Assembly: GCA_918797485.1 (NCBI GenBank)
Contig: CAKKNE010000006.1
Location: 1,426,001-1,490,000 of the forward strand
From: Pelagomonas calceolata
Taxonomy: Eukaryota
Length of the DNA: 64,000 nt
Reading direction: 5' to 3'
In this document: in pieces, positions 9,716 through 20,742 of the stretch
How positions within the stretch are numbered: the stretch's first letter is position 1
Layout: each line of letters starts with the position of its first letter
Program-made: the position numbers and the translations under genes
The notes under the pieces: model-generated
Seen by the model: only the letters and a program-made list of their open reading frames with translations
Told to the model about the DNA's origin: nothing
Database searches by the model: none

Positions 9716-10987
9716 TCAGGACCTCCTCTTCAGCCAGTTCGCGATCATCGAGTAGTAGTGCTTGAGTAAATCCGTCGGCGGCTCTTCCGAAATTTCAGAA
9801 GCGAAGCGCCGCGCGAGCGCCTCGTGCGCGCGCGACGACAGATCCAGCGCGTCTTCATGCGTCGGCTCCCGTTCCCAGAGCGCCCGTTGACTCTCCAGGA
9901 CCGCCTTCTGCGCGTCGGAAAAGTGCGCGGCGTTCGCCAGGCCTGACCCCTCCTCCGTCACTCGACTGTCGCCGCTCAGGTCCGCGTTCACCGCGGCCCG
10001 CCGCTTCTTCCGCGGGCCGTCCTCGCACTGCTTCTCCTGCCACTCGCTATACCTCGAAGCGTACTCCTCCTTGAGCTTCGCGCTTCGACGCTTGTAGTCC
10101 GATTTTACGGGGTCTTCGTCAGTCATCGCCGCCCAGTCGGCCTTCATCTTCTTCAGCAGGTCCGGAGGATTTAATGAGGGGAATTTCGTTCTATAAGTCT
10201 CCTTGAGGTCGCGGGACCACATGTCTAGGGCCTTGGGGTAACTTGTCGGTAGGGGCGGCGTGTCGCCACTCGTCGACACGTCACCTGACAATCTCTTCGC
10301 CTTGTTGATGGCCGCAGGATGAGTGGAAGGAACGAAGCCCTTGCAGGTCTTGACGAGGTTCCACTTCGCGGCCCAGGCCTTTTCGTCCTCGAGGAATTTG
10401 GGCATCGTTCTATCATATTCGGCTTGGTACGGTTGCCTCTGTTCTGGTGTCAAAGCTTTATACAGCTCGCTAATCTGTTTACGGACCTGGGCCTCGCTCT
10501 TCTGCGCACCTATCGTTTCCCGAGGCTTCGTCGCGCGGGACCATAAATCAAAAACGGAAGGAGGCTTTCGCGGTCGATCCGAATCCCAGGGCTCCGGTTG
10601 GACGCCCTGCGCCTCCTGCCAGGCGTCGCGCTCGGCGTGGGCCTGTTGCACGTAGGGCGCTCTAGCTGCCTCGCCCAGCTCCGCCCAGGTCAGCCGCATC
10701 TTCTCGTTGAGTTGCATCGGTTCCAACTCAGGATGTTGCCGCGCCAACCGGTCGCGCTGGGCGTCCCGATAGCGGTCGTAGGCCGACTTGGGCTGCATGA
10801 AGGACGGTTCGGATTTAATCGCTTCCGGTACTGGCTCTTCGGGCTCCTCGGGGGTTCCCCTTTTGGAAATGGCCTCGAGGGCCGCGTCCGTCGCGGCGTC
10901 CCTTGCCGAGGCCGGGCACCTTTCTAAGACGTCGAAGAGCTCTAGTATTAATTCTTCGCTGTTGTTGCTCGCCGCGACGGCGGTCAT
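9716..10987 (-). CDS. Multi-HMG-box protein
   Basis: Three HMG-like boxes (QPKSAYDRY...W..L....RAPY; PRKPPSVFDLW...YKALTPEQRQPY; ALDMWSRD...W..MTD). First ATG at 10987. Confidence 0.75.
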   Translation of the reverse strand: MTAVAASNNSEELILELFDVLERCPASARDAATDAALEAISKRGTPEEPEEPVPEAIKSEPSFMQPKSAYDRYRDAQRDRLARQHPELEPMQLNEKMRLTWAELGEAARAPYVQQAHAERDAWQEAQGVQPEPWDSDRPRKPPSVFDLWSRATKPRETIGAQKSEAQVRKQISELYKALTPEQRQPYQAEYDRTMPKFLEDEKAWAAKWNLVKTCKGFVPSTHPAAINKAKRLSGDVSTSGDTPPLPTSYPKALDMWSRDLKETYRTKFPSLNPPDLLKKMKADWAAMTDEDPVKSDYKRRSAKLKEEYASRYSEWQEKQCEDGPRKKRRAAVNADLSGDSRVTEEGSGLANAAHFSDAQKAVLESQRALWEREPTHEDALDLSSRAHEALARRFASEISEEPPTDLLKHYYSMIANWLKRRS

Positions 10988-11455
10988 GGTTGGGAGAGGC
11001 TGTGGGCTCTCCGAGGCTGGAGCGGATTGGCGGCGCGTTACGCGTGGAAGCGCTGCTCTCGCGGTCGTGGGCGACGCAGGCGAACGCTGTCCAGTAGTAA
11101 CTCCCAGCAGTAGGCTGGCTATAGCCTCCCAAAGCTCGCGGCCGAAAACACGGCTAGCTAGCGGCCTGTAAGACACTAGCAAGCAGCAAATTTCGAGTTC
11201 GGACGCGTCTGGACGAGTTTGAACCGTCCGGGCGGCGCCCGGAGTGGTCGGGACGCCTCCCGGGCCGCCCCGCCGGGCAGCCCTCAAAGCAAAAACAGGC
11301 AGTGGGCGGGAGACGCCGGCCGCACGCCTCGTCGCCGCGCCATAGGGACTCGTCGCTTCTGCAGCAGACGCATTACTCGCGCCCGAGGCAGCCCGCATTG
11401 CCGCGCAACCCATCGCTGGGGCAGCCCCTCTCACTCAAAGGCAGCCCAAGCAAGC

Positions 11456-12805
11456 ATGCCTCTCGCCCGGCGGCGCATCGGCTCGTCCTTCGAGTATGGC
11501 CACCCGGACCTGTACCAGAACTCCCAGGCGGACACGATGCTGCAAGACGTGACGATGGCCTCGTCGACAGGCACGCTCGCGCAAATTGGGCTCCTGAGCC
11601 ACTACGCGACCGAACTGTTCTCGGACTTATTTACGACGGCACAAGGCTTGCAGGAACGCCTGGATTCCGCGACGTCGCGCGTGCGCACGTTGAACGCGCA
11701 GCTGCCTCGAGTGTGTGATGTTGTGGCGAGATGTGACGGCGATAGTGTTCATAGAAGTGGCACGCTACCGGAGCGGGAGCACCCGCAGCGCGTCCAGTTT
11801 ACGGTGGAGACGATGCCGCGAGGGCTGCGGGAGCGGTACGACGCGCTCGAGCCGCCGCCCGATTTTTCTAGAATTGATGCTTTACTACCTCCAGAGGTCC
11901 TGGAGAAGGAAGGGCCGTCGTCGCAAAAGTTCTCGCACCCCGGTCTATTCTTGGACCAGTGGGCTCAGGAAGAACTGCGGAAGATGGAGGAGTTGAAGAA
12001 GCGGCGCCAGGAGGAACGCGAGGAGCGGCGGCGACGGCGGAAGGCGCTTCCCAAAAGAGAGAGGAAGCCGGTGCCGAAGGTCGAGGCGCCGCCTCTTATT
12101 GCGGAGGACCAAGCGCCTCCGGCGGAGAGCGCGCCTGTTACGCCAGCGACGCGCGAGGAGCGGCCGACGATCGAGATCCCAGAAACGCCGCCGCCCGTCG
12201 TGCCGCCGCCGACCATCGACAACTCGCCGTCCGCGCGCGAGTCCGAGGACTACGCGCGCTTCGCGCGCATGCTGCGCATGGGCGTTCCCAAGCAAGCCGT
12301 CGCGGCCAAGATGCAAGCCGAAGGTCTGGATCCGTCTGTGTTGGACGACAGCGACGACGACAGCGCGGCGTCGCCCGTCCAACCACAAATCGCGCGCAAG
12401 AAGCCGCCGCCGCCGCCCATGCCGCGGAAGAAGCCTCCTCCGCCTCCGATGCCGAAGACAGCGGCGCAGCCGTCCCCACCGAAGAAGAAGCCGCCGCCGC
12501 CGCCCATGCCCAAGGCGAAGGCGCCCGCGATGCCGTCCGGTTTACTAGGAGCCATCCAGCGCGGCGCGGCGCTCAAGGAGGTGGAATCGGCGCCGCGACC
12601 GGAGCGGCCCGAGAGCGCGCTGCTCCAGGCCATCAAGTCCGGCGGGACGCTGCGGAAAGTGGTCCGAGAGCAGAAGCCGCGGCCCGCGCGGCGGGGCCTG
12701 TTCGGCGGCGAGGTGGACAAGATCCTCGCGCTCCGCGCGCGCGTCGGCGCCGAGACGGACTCCTCGAGCGGCTCCGAGTGGGACGCAGGGAGCGACTCGG
12801 GTTAA
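11456..12805 (+). CDS. WAVE/SCAR-family actin nucleation-promoting factor
   Basis: N-terminal WAVE homology domain (LLSHYATELFSDL, KFSHPGLFLDQW), basic region, YARFARMLRMGVP..AV..KM..EGLDP module, polyproline, two WH2 motifs (LL.AI..G..L.KV), acidic tail with Trp. Confidence 0.85.
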   Translation: MPLARRRIGSSFEYGHPDLYQNSQADTMLQDVTMASSTGTLAQIGLLSHYATELFSDLFTTAQGLQERLDSATSRVRTLNAQLPRVCDVVARCDGDSVHRSGTLPEREHPQRVQFTVETMPRGLRERYDALEPPPDFSRIDALLPPEVLEKEGPSSQKFSHPGLFLDQWAQEELRKMEELKKRRQEEREERRRRRKALPKRERKPVPKVEAPPLIAEDQAPPAESAPVTPATREERPTIEIPETPPPVVPPPTIDNSPSARESEDYARFARMLRMGVPKQAVAAKMQAEGLDPSVLDDSDDDSAASPVQPQIARKKPPPPPMPRKKPPPPPMPKTAAQPSPPKKKPPPPPMPKAKAPAMPSGLLGAIQRGAALKEVESAPRPERPESALLQAIKSGGTLRKVVREQKPRPARRGLFGGEVDKILALRARVGAETDSSSGSEWDAGSDSG

Positions 12806-12829
12806 TTTTTGTGTGGTTTTCTTAGGCGC

Positions 12830-13491
12830 CTAGTGGCCGAGCTGGTAGATGAATGGCGTGTACTGGCAACGCCAGTAGCCGAGGATGTGCCAGGCGATCT
12901 CCGGCGGACACCGGACGAGGAATTCGAGGCTTCGCATGTTCGGGCCGTTGTGGCGCGTCGCACGCGGGAGGACGGCGCGCCGTCGAAGCGCGAGGCTCCG
13001 GAGCCGAAGGACCGCCGCGCGAGGTCTCCGGTCGTAAGCTCTCCAGCCGCCGGCCGCGCGTACCCCTGCGACCACGACCCTCAGGGCATCGAAGCAGTTG
13101 CCGGGGGGCAGGGGCGGGTCAGCCCGGTTTTCTTGTTCATCCAGAAGCAGTTCGGAGGAATGGATAGTTCCAGTTACCGGGTTCCTCCAAGCACAATCCA
13201 GCGACGGCAGAGCTCGCATTAGCAAGAGTGACATCTCCATGCCAGAACGTGACGGTCCGGCTTGTCTCATTCTCTGGTACACCAGCGACAGCGGATTATG
13301 GTTTCGATAATTCAGCGCGAGAACGTTTGCCCCCGCGTTGAGCAAAAGAGCCGCTAGAGGGACCTCGGGCCCGGATTCTGAATGGCTACTCTCCCTGGCA
13401 CGGCCATAATTCCGACCATGTGCAGCGTAATGGAGCGGCGTGTACCCATGTTGGTCGCTGTGGTTCACGTCCGCGCCTCGCGCGAGCAAGA
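12830..13491 (-). pseudogene. 5'-truncated ankyrin-repeat gene fragment
   Basis: LLLARGADVN..D..GYTPLHYAA and LLLNAGANV. The coding signal begins abruptly at ~13491, and sequence further upstream is antisense WAVE. Confidence 0.6.
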
Positions 13492-13980
13492 GCGGGTGTC
13501 CCGAAGCCCGCGGTGGCCCAGAAGATGCGGACCGACGGGTTGGATCCCTCGGTCCTGGACGATAGCGACGACGACAGTAGTGTGGACTCGTCCGTGACGT
13601 CGAAGCGGTCGTCGGCGCCGCCGCCTCCCCCATTGCCGCGGCCGGCGGTGGTCGTCGAGGACGAGCCCGTGCGAGCCGCGACGCCGACGCAGGGTCTTAT
13701 GTCCGGCAATTTGTTGTCAGCTATTCAACAAGGGACTACTCTAAAAAAAGCGGTTGTGGAGGAAGAAGAAGTCCGAGAGAAGCCGAACGACCTGCTGAGC
13801 GCCATCAAGCGCGGCGCGAACCTGCGGAAAGTGTCCGACGCGCCGCCCGCCGAGCCGCCGAAGACGCAGGGTCGGGGCGGATTATTAGGAAACGAGGTCG
13901 ACAAGATCCTCAACCTGCGGGCGAAGATCGCGGCGGCGTCGGAGTCGTCTTCATCAGACTCGGGGAGCGACTGGGACTAA
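13491..13980 (+). pseudogene. Diverged duplicate of the WAVE/SCAR C-terminal half (orphan exon or fragment)
   Basis: GVPKPAVAQKMRTDGLDPSVLDDSDDD, two WH2 motifs, EVDKIL.LRA and SDWD*, collinear with 12280-12805. No N-terminal domain. Confidence 0.7.
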
Positions 13981-14146
13981 CTTATACGTAGCTGTAGTTA
14001 CCGCACCTCGGCGACGGCGTCTCGCGGGCGGGAGCGGCTGGGACTAACTATACGTGGCTAGTTCTTGCCGCCCTGGCGACGGCCGTAGGAAACGTAGTAG
14101 AGACATAGAGGACGGTTACCGGGGGGGGGGATGGAAAGCGAGACGC

Positions 14147-15450
14147 CTACTTCCAGGACGAGCCGTAGAGCTGCGTCTCCGTGTGGCCGTGGAGCTTGCG
14201 CTTCTTCGGGATGCCCTCGGCCGTCGCCTCCTTGGCGCCGCCCTCGCGGTCGCGGAAGTTCACGGCGTCCCCTTTGACGTCGGAGATGCCGACCATGGCC
14301 TTGCCGAGGTTCGTCGACGTCTCTAACAGCACTTTGGGGTCGCTGTAGTGGGCGACCGCGCGCACGATGGCCTTGGCTCTTTTTTCCGGGTCCTCGGACT
14401 TGAAGATGCCGGAGCCCACGAACACGCCGTCCATGCCGAGCTGCATCATGAGCGCCGCGTCCGCCGGCGTGGCGACGCCGCCGGCCGCGAAGTTTACGAC
14501 GGGCAGTCTACCCTCTTCGGCCACTTGCTTCACGAGTTCGTACGGAGCCTGCATCTCCTTCGCCGCCACAAACAGCTCGTCCTCGTCCATGGTCGTGAGC
14601 ATCTTGATCTGCTTCTGGACCGTGCGCGCGTGTCTCACGGCCTCTACGACGTTCCCCGTGCCGGCCTCGCCCTTCGTCCTGAGCATGGAGGCGCCCTCGG
14701 CCACTCTACGGAGCGCCTCACCTAAATTGCGGCACCCGCACACGAAGGGCACCGTGAACTTGTTCTTGTTGATGTGGTTGTCCTCGTCGGCCATCGTCAG
14801 GACCTCGGACTCATCAATATAATCGACTTCCGCCGCCTCGAGGACCTGGGCCTCGACGAAGTGGCCGATGCGCGCCTTCGCCATGACCGGAATGGTCACG
14901 GCCTTCTTGATGCCCTCGATCATCTGCGGGTCGCTCATGCGCGCGACGCCGCCATCAGCTCTAATGTCGGCGGGGATGCGCTCCAAAGCCATGACGGCGA
15001 CGGCGCCGGCGGCCTCGGCCTGCGTTGGGGTCGCGTCGATGGCGTGGCGCGGCGTTTCCGCGCTCTGATTCAGCGGTCGGCGGCCGGGTGTGTGTGGTCT
15101 TGGGTTTGCGGCGTCTTCTGTAGACGCGTGCGCCGCGGACCGGCGCATCGATGGCGCGGACCGCCCGGCCGGGGTGTGGCGCGGCGTGGCGCGGCGTCCT
15201 GGCGCTCTGATTCAGCGCGCGCTCGGCGGCGCCGAGCTGTCCTCCCCAACAGCTCTGGAAGTTGGTAAAACGCAGCGCAAAGGTTTGCAAGGGTTCGGCA
15301 CCGATAACGCACGATGCGCGCCTGCTCGGCGTCGATGACGTCCATGATGACGCCCCCTTTGAGCATCTTGGCCATCCCAATTTTGACGTCGGCCGTGCCC
15401 GTCGTCGCCTGGCGGCTGGTCTTGTTCTTGGCGCCCTCGCCCTTGCCCAT
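14147..15450 (-). CDS. PDX1: Pyridoxal 5'-phosphate synthase subunit PDX1 (exons 15450-15313, 15019-14147)
   Basis: [60 protein letters not shown]; in-frame GT-AG intron 15020-15312. Confidence 0.97.
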
Positions 15451-15818
15451 GGTTGCTTTATAAGTGATTCGGTGCTGTCCGGCGCTCGTTTGCGCTGTGA
15501 CCAGACTGCTACTCTCACTGCTGTCTGCAGTCTGCAGGCGATGGAGCTGGCACGAGACTAGCGGCCGGAAGCGGACGGAAAGTACTTCTACGGGCAAGCG
15601 GGAGATGTACCAGGAGCCCTGAACCGAAGCAAAGAGGCGTCCCGATCGTGCGGGTTTTACTCTCTAGCGTCCACGGTCCACACGCGGACCACTCGAGAGT
15701 GCCAGAGAGCAAAGACATATGTCTACAATGTCATTCTTACGCACACGCCTCCAAGCGGTAGATGCGGATCCGCCACGCGCGACTCCCAGGCCGGCGGGAT
15801 CAGCGCCGACTGCTGAAA

Positions 15819-16715
15819 TCACGTTCCAAAGTTGGCGCTGAAATCATTTTCCAACTCGTCGGCCGCGAACTGGATCTTCATGAAGGGATAGATGAAGGCG
15901 GCCGCCTTGGTCTGGTCTTCCCAGCGCGCGCAGTACGCCCGCGCCTTGTCGATGATGTAATTCGGGATCCCTCCATACATAGTTTCGTCGAGCCACACCT
16001 GGCCATATTCACCGCTCATGTCCAAGACGAAGCCCGCCGCCTGCGCCGGGTCCTCCCAGCACTCCAGCTCGTCGCCGAGCAGATTCGGCTGCTGGTGGAA
16101 AAAGAGCGGCGCGCCAATGGCCCGCGACCAAGCGGCCACGAGATCGCCGGGGTGGCACTCCCGTTCTTCAGCATCTTCGGCGAGCGAGGGCCGGCCGCTG
16201 TGGCCGGCGCGGCGCGCAAACTCGCGGTGCGAGTATTCGCACGCGGCAAGGATGCGGCGCAAGCCATCGGTAGACGGCTCCACGAGACAGAGGAAGAGGT
16301 AGGCCTCATGGTAGGAGTCCCTCGTCCACAAAAGGAGGATGAAGAGTACCTCGGCCGGCTCGAGCGCCCAGGCCTCCCGGAAGAGAGCCCGCGACGCGTC
16401 GGACAATCCGGCCAGTCGCTCCTGCCAGGTCCTCGCGCGCCCCAGAGGCGTACCGTTATCGGTCATATAACTGCCCATGACGCCTTCGATGGTCGCTTTT
16501 CCGTTTCGCGCCACCTCGCAGACGGGGCGCCAGCGGCCGCGGGTGAGGGCGCGCCGCGCCGCGGTGCGCGTGCCTTTGGATAGCTGCTTCGCTAGCGAAG
16601 CGGCATCACCCAGCGCGAGGAATTCGACGCAACGAATCTGCAGCTCCTGCGGCAGAGCAACGAATCGAGAGGGTGAGCTCTCCTGGCTGCTTTTGTGCGC
16701 ACGTAGAGCAGCCAT
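15819..16715 (-). CDS. Hypothetical protein with F-box-like N-terminus
   Basis: FVALPQELQIRCVEFL near the N-terminus; long ORF with host-like codon usage. Confidence 0.55.
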   Translation of the reverse strand: MAALRAHKSSQESSPSRFVALPQELQIRCVEFLALGDAASLAKQLSKGTRTAARRALTRGRWRPVCEVARNGKATIEGVMGSYMTDNGTPLGRARTWQERLAGLSDASRALFREAWALEPAEVLFILLLWTRDSYHEAYLFLCLVEPSTDGLRRILAACEYSHREFARRAGHSGRPSLAEDAEERECHPGDLVAAWSRAIGAPLFFHQQPNLLGDELECWEDPAQAAGFVLDMSGEYGQVWLDETMYGGIPNYIIDKARAYCARWEDQTKAAAFIYPFMKIQFAADELENDFSANFGT

Positions 16716-16904
16716 GGCTCAAACGAACGCTGCGGCAGCAACGCGCGGTAGCTGGCAGACCCAAATGAAGCGTTAGCTCCGATGTTTGTCAGGGCAGCCG
16801 AGCTAGCGGCCTGTAAGACACTAGCAATCAAACGTATACGCGTAGCAGCGCCTACTGTGACGGGTTCGGCGGATCAAACAAGCCGGAAAAACACAAAAGG
16901 TCCA

Positions 16905-18593
16905 TTAGTCGTCCAGCCCCGCCGTCAGCCCCGCGAGCCGCGTCGTCGACTCGCGGATCCGCGCCAGCAGGTCGGCGTGCGACGCAGCCGGCGAGCCCGG
17001 CGGCAAATCGAGAGGCAACTGTTTTTTCCGTGATGACGGCGGCGGGAGCGACCGCGCCCTCCCAAAGACGTCCGTGCCCGGCGGTAGTTGTCGCACGCCG
17101 CCGTTTTGCGGGCACGCGACCCTAACATTTTTGTGGCAAAAAAAGGCCGTCGCGTAGTGGGCTTTGGCGTCGACAATAACTCCCAGCGACGCCTTCTTGC
17201 CAGGATCCGCCCGTAACTCGATAAACAGCGGCTGCTGCGGCGCGTCTCTCGCGGACGCCCACGCCTCCGCACAACTCCCTTTGTCGTCGCCTCGAAAACC
17301 ACCCCCAGAAGCATGCAACGCCAATACGGTCCTTCCATCTCGTCTTGTCACGGCCACGGCGCCGCGCGCGTCCGCGACCAGCGCGAGTTGACCGGTCTCG
17401 TAAAAACAGCGCAGACACTGCGCGTCCGACGCGACGGAGACGCCTCCTCTAGGCCATCTGCAGACCACCGAACCGTCGGCGTGGCCCGCCACCGCAATGG
17501 TCTTGCCGCTCTTGTAGGAGGCCTCGTAGGGGGTAAATTTCGAGGGTGCCGCGGGCCACGTTGTCCTGGTGGCGTCCTGCACGATGGGCGGCAAAGGAGG
17601 CGACTTGGGCTTCTTCCTTCTTCTACGTTTCGGTTTTTCTCGCGGTTTTTTAGTGTCGAGGCCCGCGACGGCGTCGGCGAGCGACATGTCGTCGCTCGGC
17701 AGGCGCCGAGGGCGCGGTTGTACAGGAGACGGGCTCCGCTTCAGCGCGGGCAGGTCGTCCGCGTCCGAGGCCGGCGTCGGCGCCGTTGTCGGTTCCGCCG
17801 AGCGGCTCGACTCCGTAACTCGCGACCCCGAGACCAGCCTCGGGGCGGCGGGCGTCGGCGTCGCCGTCACCGAGGGCGTCCGCGACGAGGCGGCGGGCGC
17901 CGGCGTCTTCATTGCGGACTCGATCTTGCGGTTGTGCAGCTCCCGACTCCGCTCGTCCGCGCGCAACCGGTGCCGCGCGACCTCGCCCGCCTTACTACTG
18001 GAGAAGGCGTCCGCTTCTGTACGATCCTCCACCGTCACGGGATTGCCGTCGCACCACCTCAGTCGAGGAAATAAGGACACAACAAAGGACCGGTAGTCGC
18101 CCAACTCGGACGCGTCTTGTATTGGATTCGGTCCGAGTTCCAGCACTCGTAGTGTCGCTACGTGCTCCAGACACAGCAATTCGGACGGGGCCTCTATTTC
18201 ATTACTGCCGAGCCAGAGCTCCTCGAGGAAGTCGAGTTCTTGTAATGGTAAGGTGCACCGCTCGCGCTTGCCGATCCTATTCTCATGTGCTTGTAGTACG
18301 CGCAGATTACTCAGTTGCGCGACGCCGTCCAGAGACTCGAGGGCGTTGCGCGAGACATCTAAAACTTGCAGGTGCGGCAACGATCGTAGTGTAGACAAAG
18401 AAGTGAGCTTGTTTGCGGATAGAGACAGGTGGCAGAGCTTGGAAGCGGCGGGCCACGGGGCCTCGGCAAGGAAGGGCGGTACCGTAGCGTAGCCGCGGCC
18501 CTGTCGCAGCAAGACGCCGGGCGCGTCGCAGACCGCGTCGTCGTCGTCGGGGTCCGTCGCGTCCGGCGCCGGCGTCGTACCGGCGTCGGACAT
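16905..18593 (-). CDS. SDS22-like leucine-rich repeat protein with FAM194-like C-terminal beta domain
   Basis: LxxLxLSxN repeats, LRRcap NPI...YRSFVV..FPRLRWCDG; C-terminal FYETGQLA-type beta repeats. Confidence 0.7.
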   Translation of the reverse strand: MSDAGTTPAPDATDPDDDDAVCDAPGVLLRQGRGYATVPPFLAEAPWPAASKLCHLSLSANKLTSLSTLRSLPHLQVLDVSRNALESLDGVAQLSNLRVLQAHENRIGKRERCTLPLQELDFLEELWLGSNEIEAPSELLCLEHVATLRVLELGPNPIQDASELGDYRSFVVSLFPRLRWCDGNPVTVEDRTEADAFSSSKAGEVARHRLRADERSRELHNRKIESAMKTPAPAASSRTPSVTATPTPAAPRLVSGSRVTESSRSAEPTTAPTPASDADDLPALKRSPSPVQPRPRRLPSDDMSLADAVAGLDTKKPREKPKRRRRKKPKSPPLPPIVQDATRTTWPAAPSKFTPYEASYKSGKTIAVAGHADGSVVCRWPRGGVSVASDAQCLRCFYETGQLALVADARGAVAVTRRDGRTVLALHASGGGFRGDDKGSCAEAWASARDAPQQPLFIELRADPGKKASLGVIVDAKAHYATAFFCHKNVRVACPQNGGVRQLPPGTDVFGRARSLPPPSSRKKQLPLDLPPGSPAASHADLLARIRESTTRLAGLTAGLDD

Positions 18594-18869
18594 GCTGTCC
18601 GACACCCAGGTTTACTCGCGCGCGCGACGACGGCGGGGCGCAGCGCCTGCGTATTCGGGCTGCAGGCAGCCTCGACGGCGCCTGGACGCCGTTTCGCGGC
18701 CGGGGGCTGCGGTTAGGGCCCGCAGCTTGCGTAGCGCCAGGAGCGCCAGACCTGTCAACCGGTTGTTGGGCGCTGCAAAGCGCACGCGCCGCCTAGCCTA
18801 GAAAGGGGAACACCACAGCGCCGGACGCCGTCACGAAACGCCTTGCGACGGAAGGAGGCTGCCTTTACC

Positions 18870-20741
18870 ATGGCCGCGCCGCCGCCGCACCGCATTCGAG
18901 TTGTTTGTAGACTAAGGCCCGCCGACGACGCCGCCGTGGAGGTACGAGGCGCCTCGCTCATCGTGCCGAAGAACCGCAGCGTGCGCGAGTCGCGGGACGA
19001 GTTACCAGCTCAAGGTGGGCTGCGGTTTGGCGTCGATGCCGTCTACGATCAGAGCGCGTCGCAAGTGTCCGTTTTTGAAGGCGAGGCGGCGAAATTAGTC
19101 GACGGCGTCGTCGACGGCGTCACGGGTACGTTGTTAGCCTATGGGCAGACCGGCGCGGGCAAGACCTTCACCGTGCTCGGAAGAGGCGGGACGGCCAGTG
19201 GCGCGAAATACGACGACCGCGGCTTGGTACCGCGGTGCCTGGAGCGACTCTTCGCGACGGCCATGCGGAAAAGACGTTCAGGGCGTGTCGTGGACGTGCG
19301 GTTGTCGGTTTGTGAAGTATACAACGAGACGGTCGTGGATTTGTTGAGGCCTCCACCGGAGAAGGGGCAGCCGGTCGGCTTGCCCGTCGTCGAGAGGAAC
19401 GGGTTGACGGAGATCAAAGGCTTGGAGAAGGCTCCTGTTGCTAGCGCCGCGGACGCGTTGCAGTTGCTCTATGATGCGGAGATTAACAGAGCGGTCGCCT
19501 CTCACGCGATGAACTGCGCATCCTCTCGATCGCACTTGGTGGTGACGGGCCACGTCGTCTGTAGTCACGGGGAAGATGTTACGGAAGCGAAACTAACGAT
19601 CGTGGACTTGGCTGGGGCTGAACGCGTCAATCAAACACAGTCAAGGGATGGTACAGCGACTCTCAGAGAGGCAGGCTACATCAACAAGTCGTTGGCCTTC
19701 CTAGAACAAGTTGTCGTCGCGTTAGGAGACGACAAGCCGAGGTTGCACATCCCCTACCGCTCTTCCAAGCTCACGCATGCGCTCAAGGATGCCTTAGGTG
19801 GCACTTGTAGAACAACTTTGATTGCGTGTGTGTGGCCCTCCGCAGCTCAAGCGGATCAAACGAGGGCTACCTTGAGATTCGCGGCGCGCATGGGCCGCAT
19901 CACGTGCGCTCCGGTCGTTGGTAGACGTAGAAGTGCTTCGGAAGACGCGGCGTCTAAGGTAGTAGCAAGGAAACTGCGCAACGAGGTGGCCGTGCTACGA
20001 GCCGAACTGGCGGCTAGAGACTTGATAAGGGGAACGCCGCCGCCGGCCTACGCCTACGGGCCGCTGACGGACGCCGACGAGGTCCAGAAATGTGCGAAAG
20101 TCGCGCGAGCGTATGTCGACGACGGCACGGTGCCGCCCGTCATTACCGTGGGTCAAGTGCGCGCCGTGTATGCGGCTCTTCGTGACTTGTGCAGCCAGGC
20201 GCCGCCCGCGGCAACGCCGGCGGCGCCGCCTTCCGAGACGCCGGCTCGACAAAGCCGGCGCCTCTTCGCGACGCCTCTTGCAAGTCCGCCGCCGCCAACC
20301 GAGCAATTGACGTCATCTAATTTAGAAGCGCACCAATCCATGACGAACGAGGAACTCTTCAAAAGGTGGCGGTCGTCGACAACAGATCAAGAAGTTATTG
20401 ACGTTGAGGAAGATTTACGAGCGTGCGCTTCTAGAAAGAAGGAGCTCAAGACCCTATCCAAGAAACTTGTTACAGATGTCAACGACGCCAAGACGCGCAT
20501 CGACGAGGAGTTGCAAGCGTTACAGGCGACGGGCGGCGCGGACGAGTTCGGCGACGACTCCGAAGCAGCGCATGCGGTGGCGTCCTCGAAAATTAGGGAT
20601 GCGAAGCGCGTCTACCGTTCAGCGTTCGAAGCGCGGAAGCAGGCCCAGATGGAACTCGTGCACGTCGACGCGCGGCGGAAGTACTTGTTCCGCTTATTGG
20701 TGGCCAAGTTCCAGGCCGCCCATGATTTAGTAAGCACTTAG
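18870..20741 (+). CDS. Kinesin motor protein (kinesin-9, KIF6/KIF9-like)
   Basis: AYGQTGAGKT, MNCASSRSH, DLAGAER, YINKSLAFLEQVVVAL, HIPYRSSKLTHALKDALGG. Confidence 0.9.
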   Translation: MAAPPPHRIRVVCRLRPADDAAVEVRGASLIVPKNRSVRESRDELPAQGGLRFGVDAVYDQSASQVSVFEGEAAKLVDGVVDGVTGTLLAYGQTGAGKTFTVLGRGGTASGAKYDDRGLVPRCLERLFATAMRKRRSGRVVDVRLSVCEVYNETVVDLLRPPPEKGQPVGLPVVERNGLTEIKGLEKAPVASAADALQLLYDAEINRAVASHAMNCASSRSHLVVTGHVVCSHGEDVTEAKLTIVDLAGAERVNQTQSRDGTATLREAGYINKSLAFLEQVVVALGDDKPRLHIPYRSSKLTHALKDALGGTCRTTLIACVWPSAAQADQTRATLRFAARMGRITCAPVVGRRRSASEDAASKVVARKLRNEVAVLRAELAARDLIRGTPPPAYAYGPLTDADEVQKCAKVARAYVDDGTVPPVITVGQVRAVYAALRDLCSQAPPAATPAAPPSETPARQSRRLFATPLASPPPPTEQLTSSNLEAHQSMTNEELFKRWRSSTTDQEVIDVEEDLRACASRKKELKTLSKKLVTDVNDAKTRIDEELQALQATGGADEFGDDSEAAHAVASSKIRDAKRVYRSAFEARKQAQMELVHVDARRKYLFRLLVAKFQAAHDLVST

Positions 20742-20742
20742 C

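Noticed and set aside
10988..11455. N-terminal ORF extensions of the HMG and WAVE genes in the ORF track
   Set aside because: They start at non-ATG codons and run through the shared promoter containing the CTAG motif.
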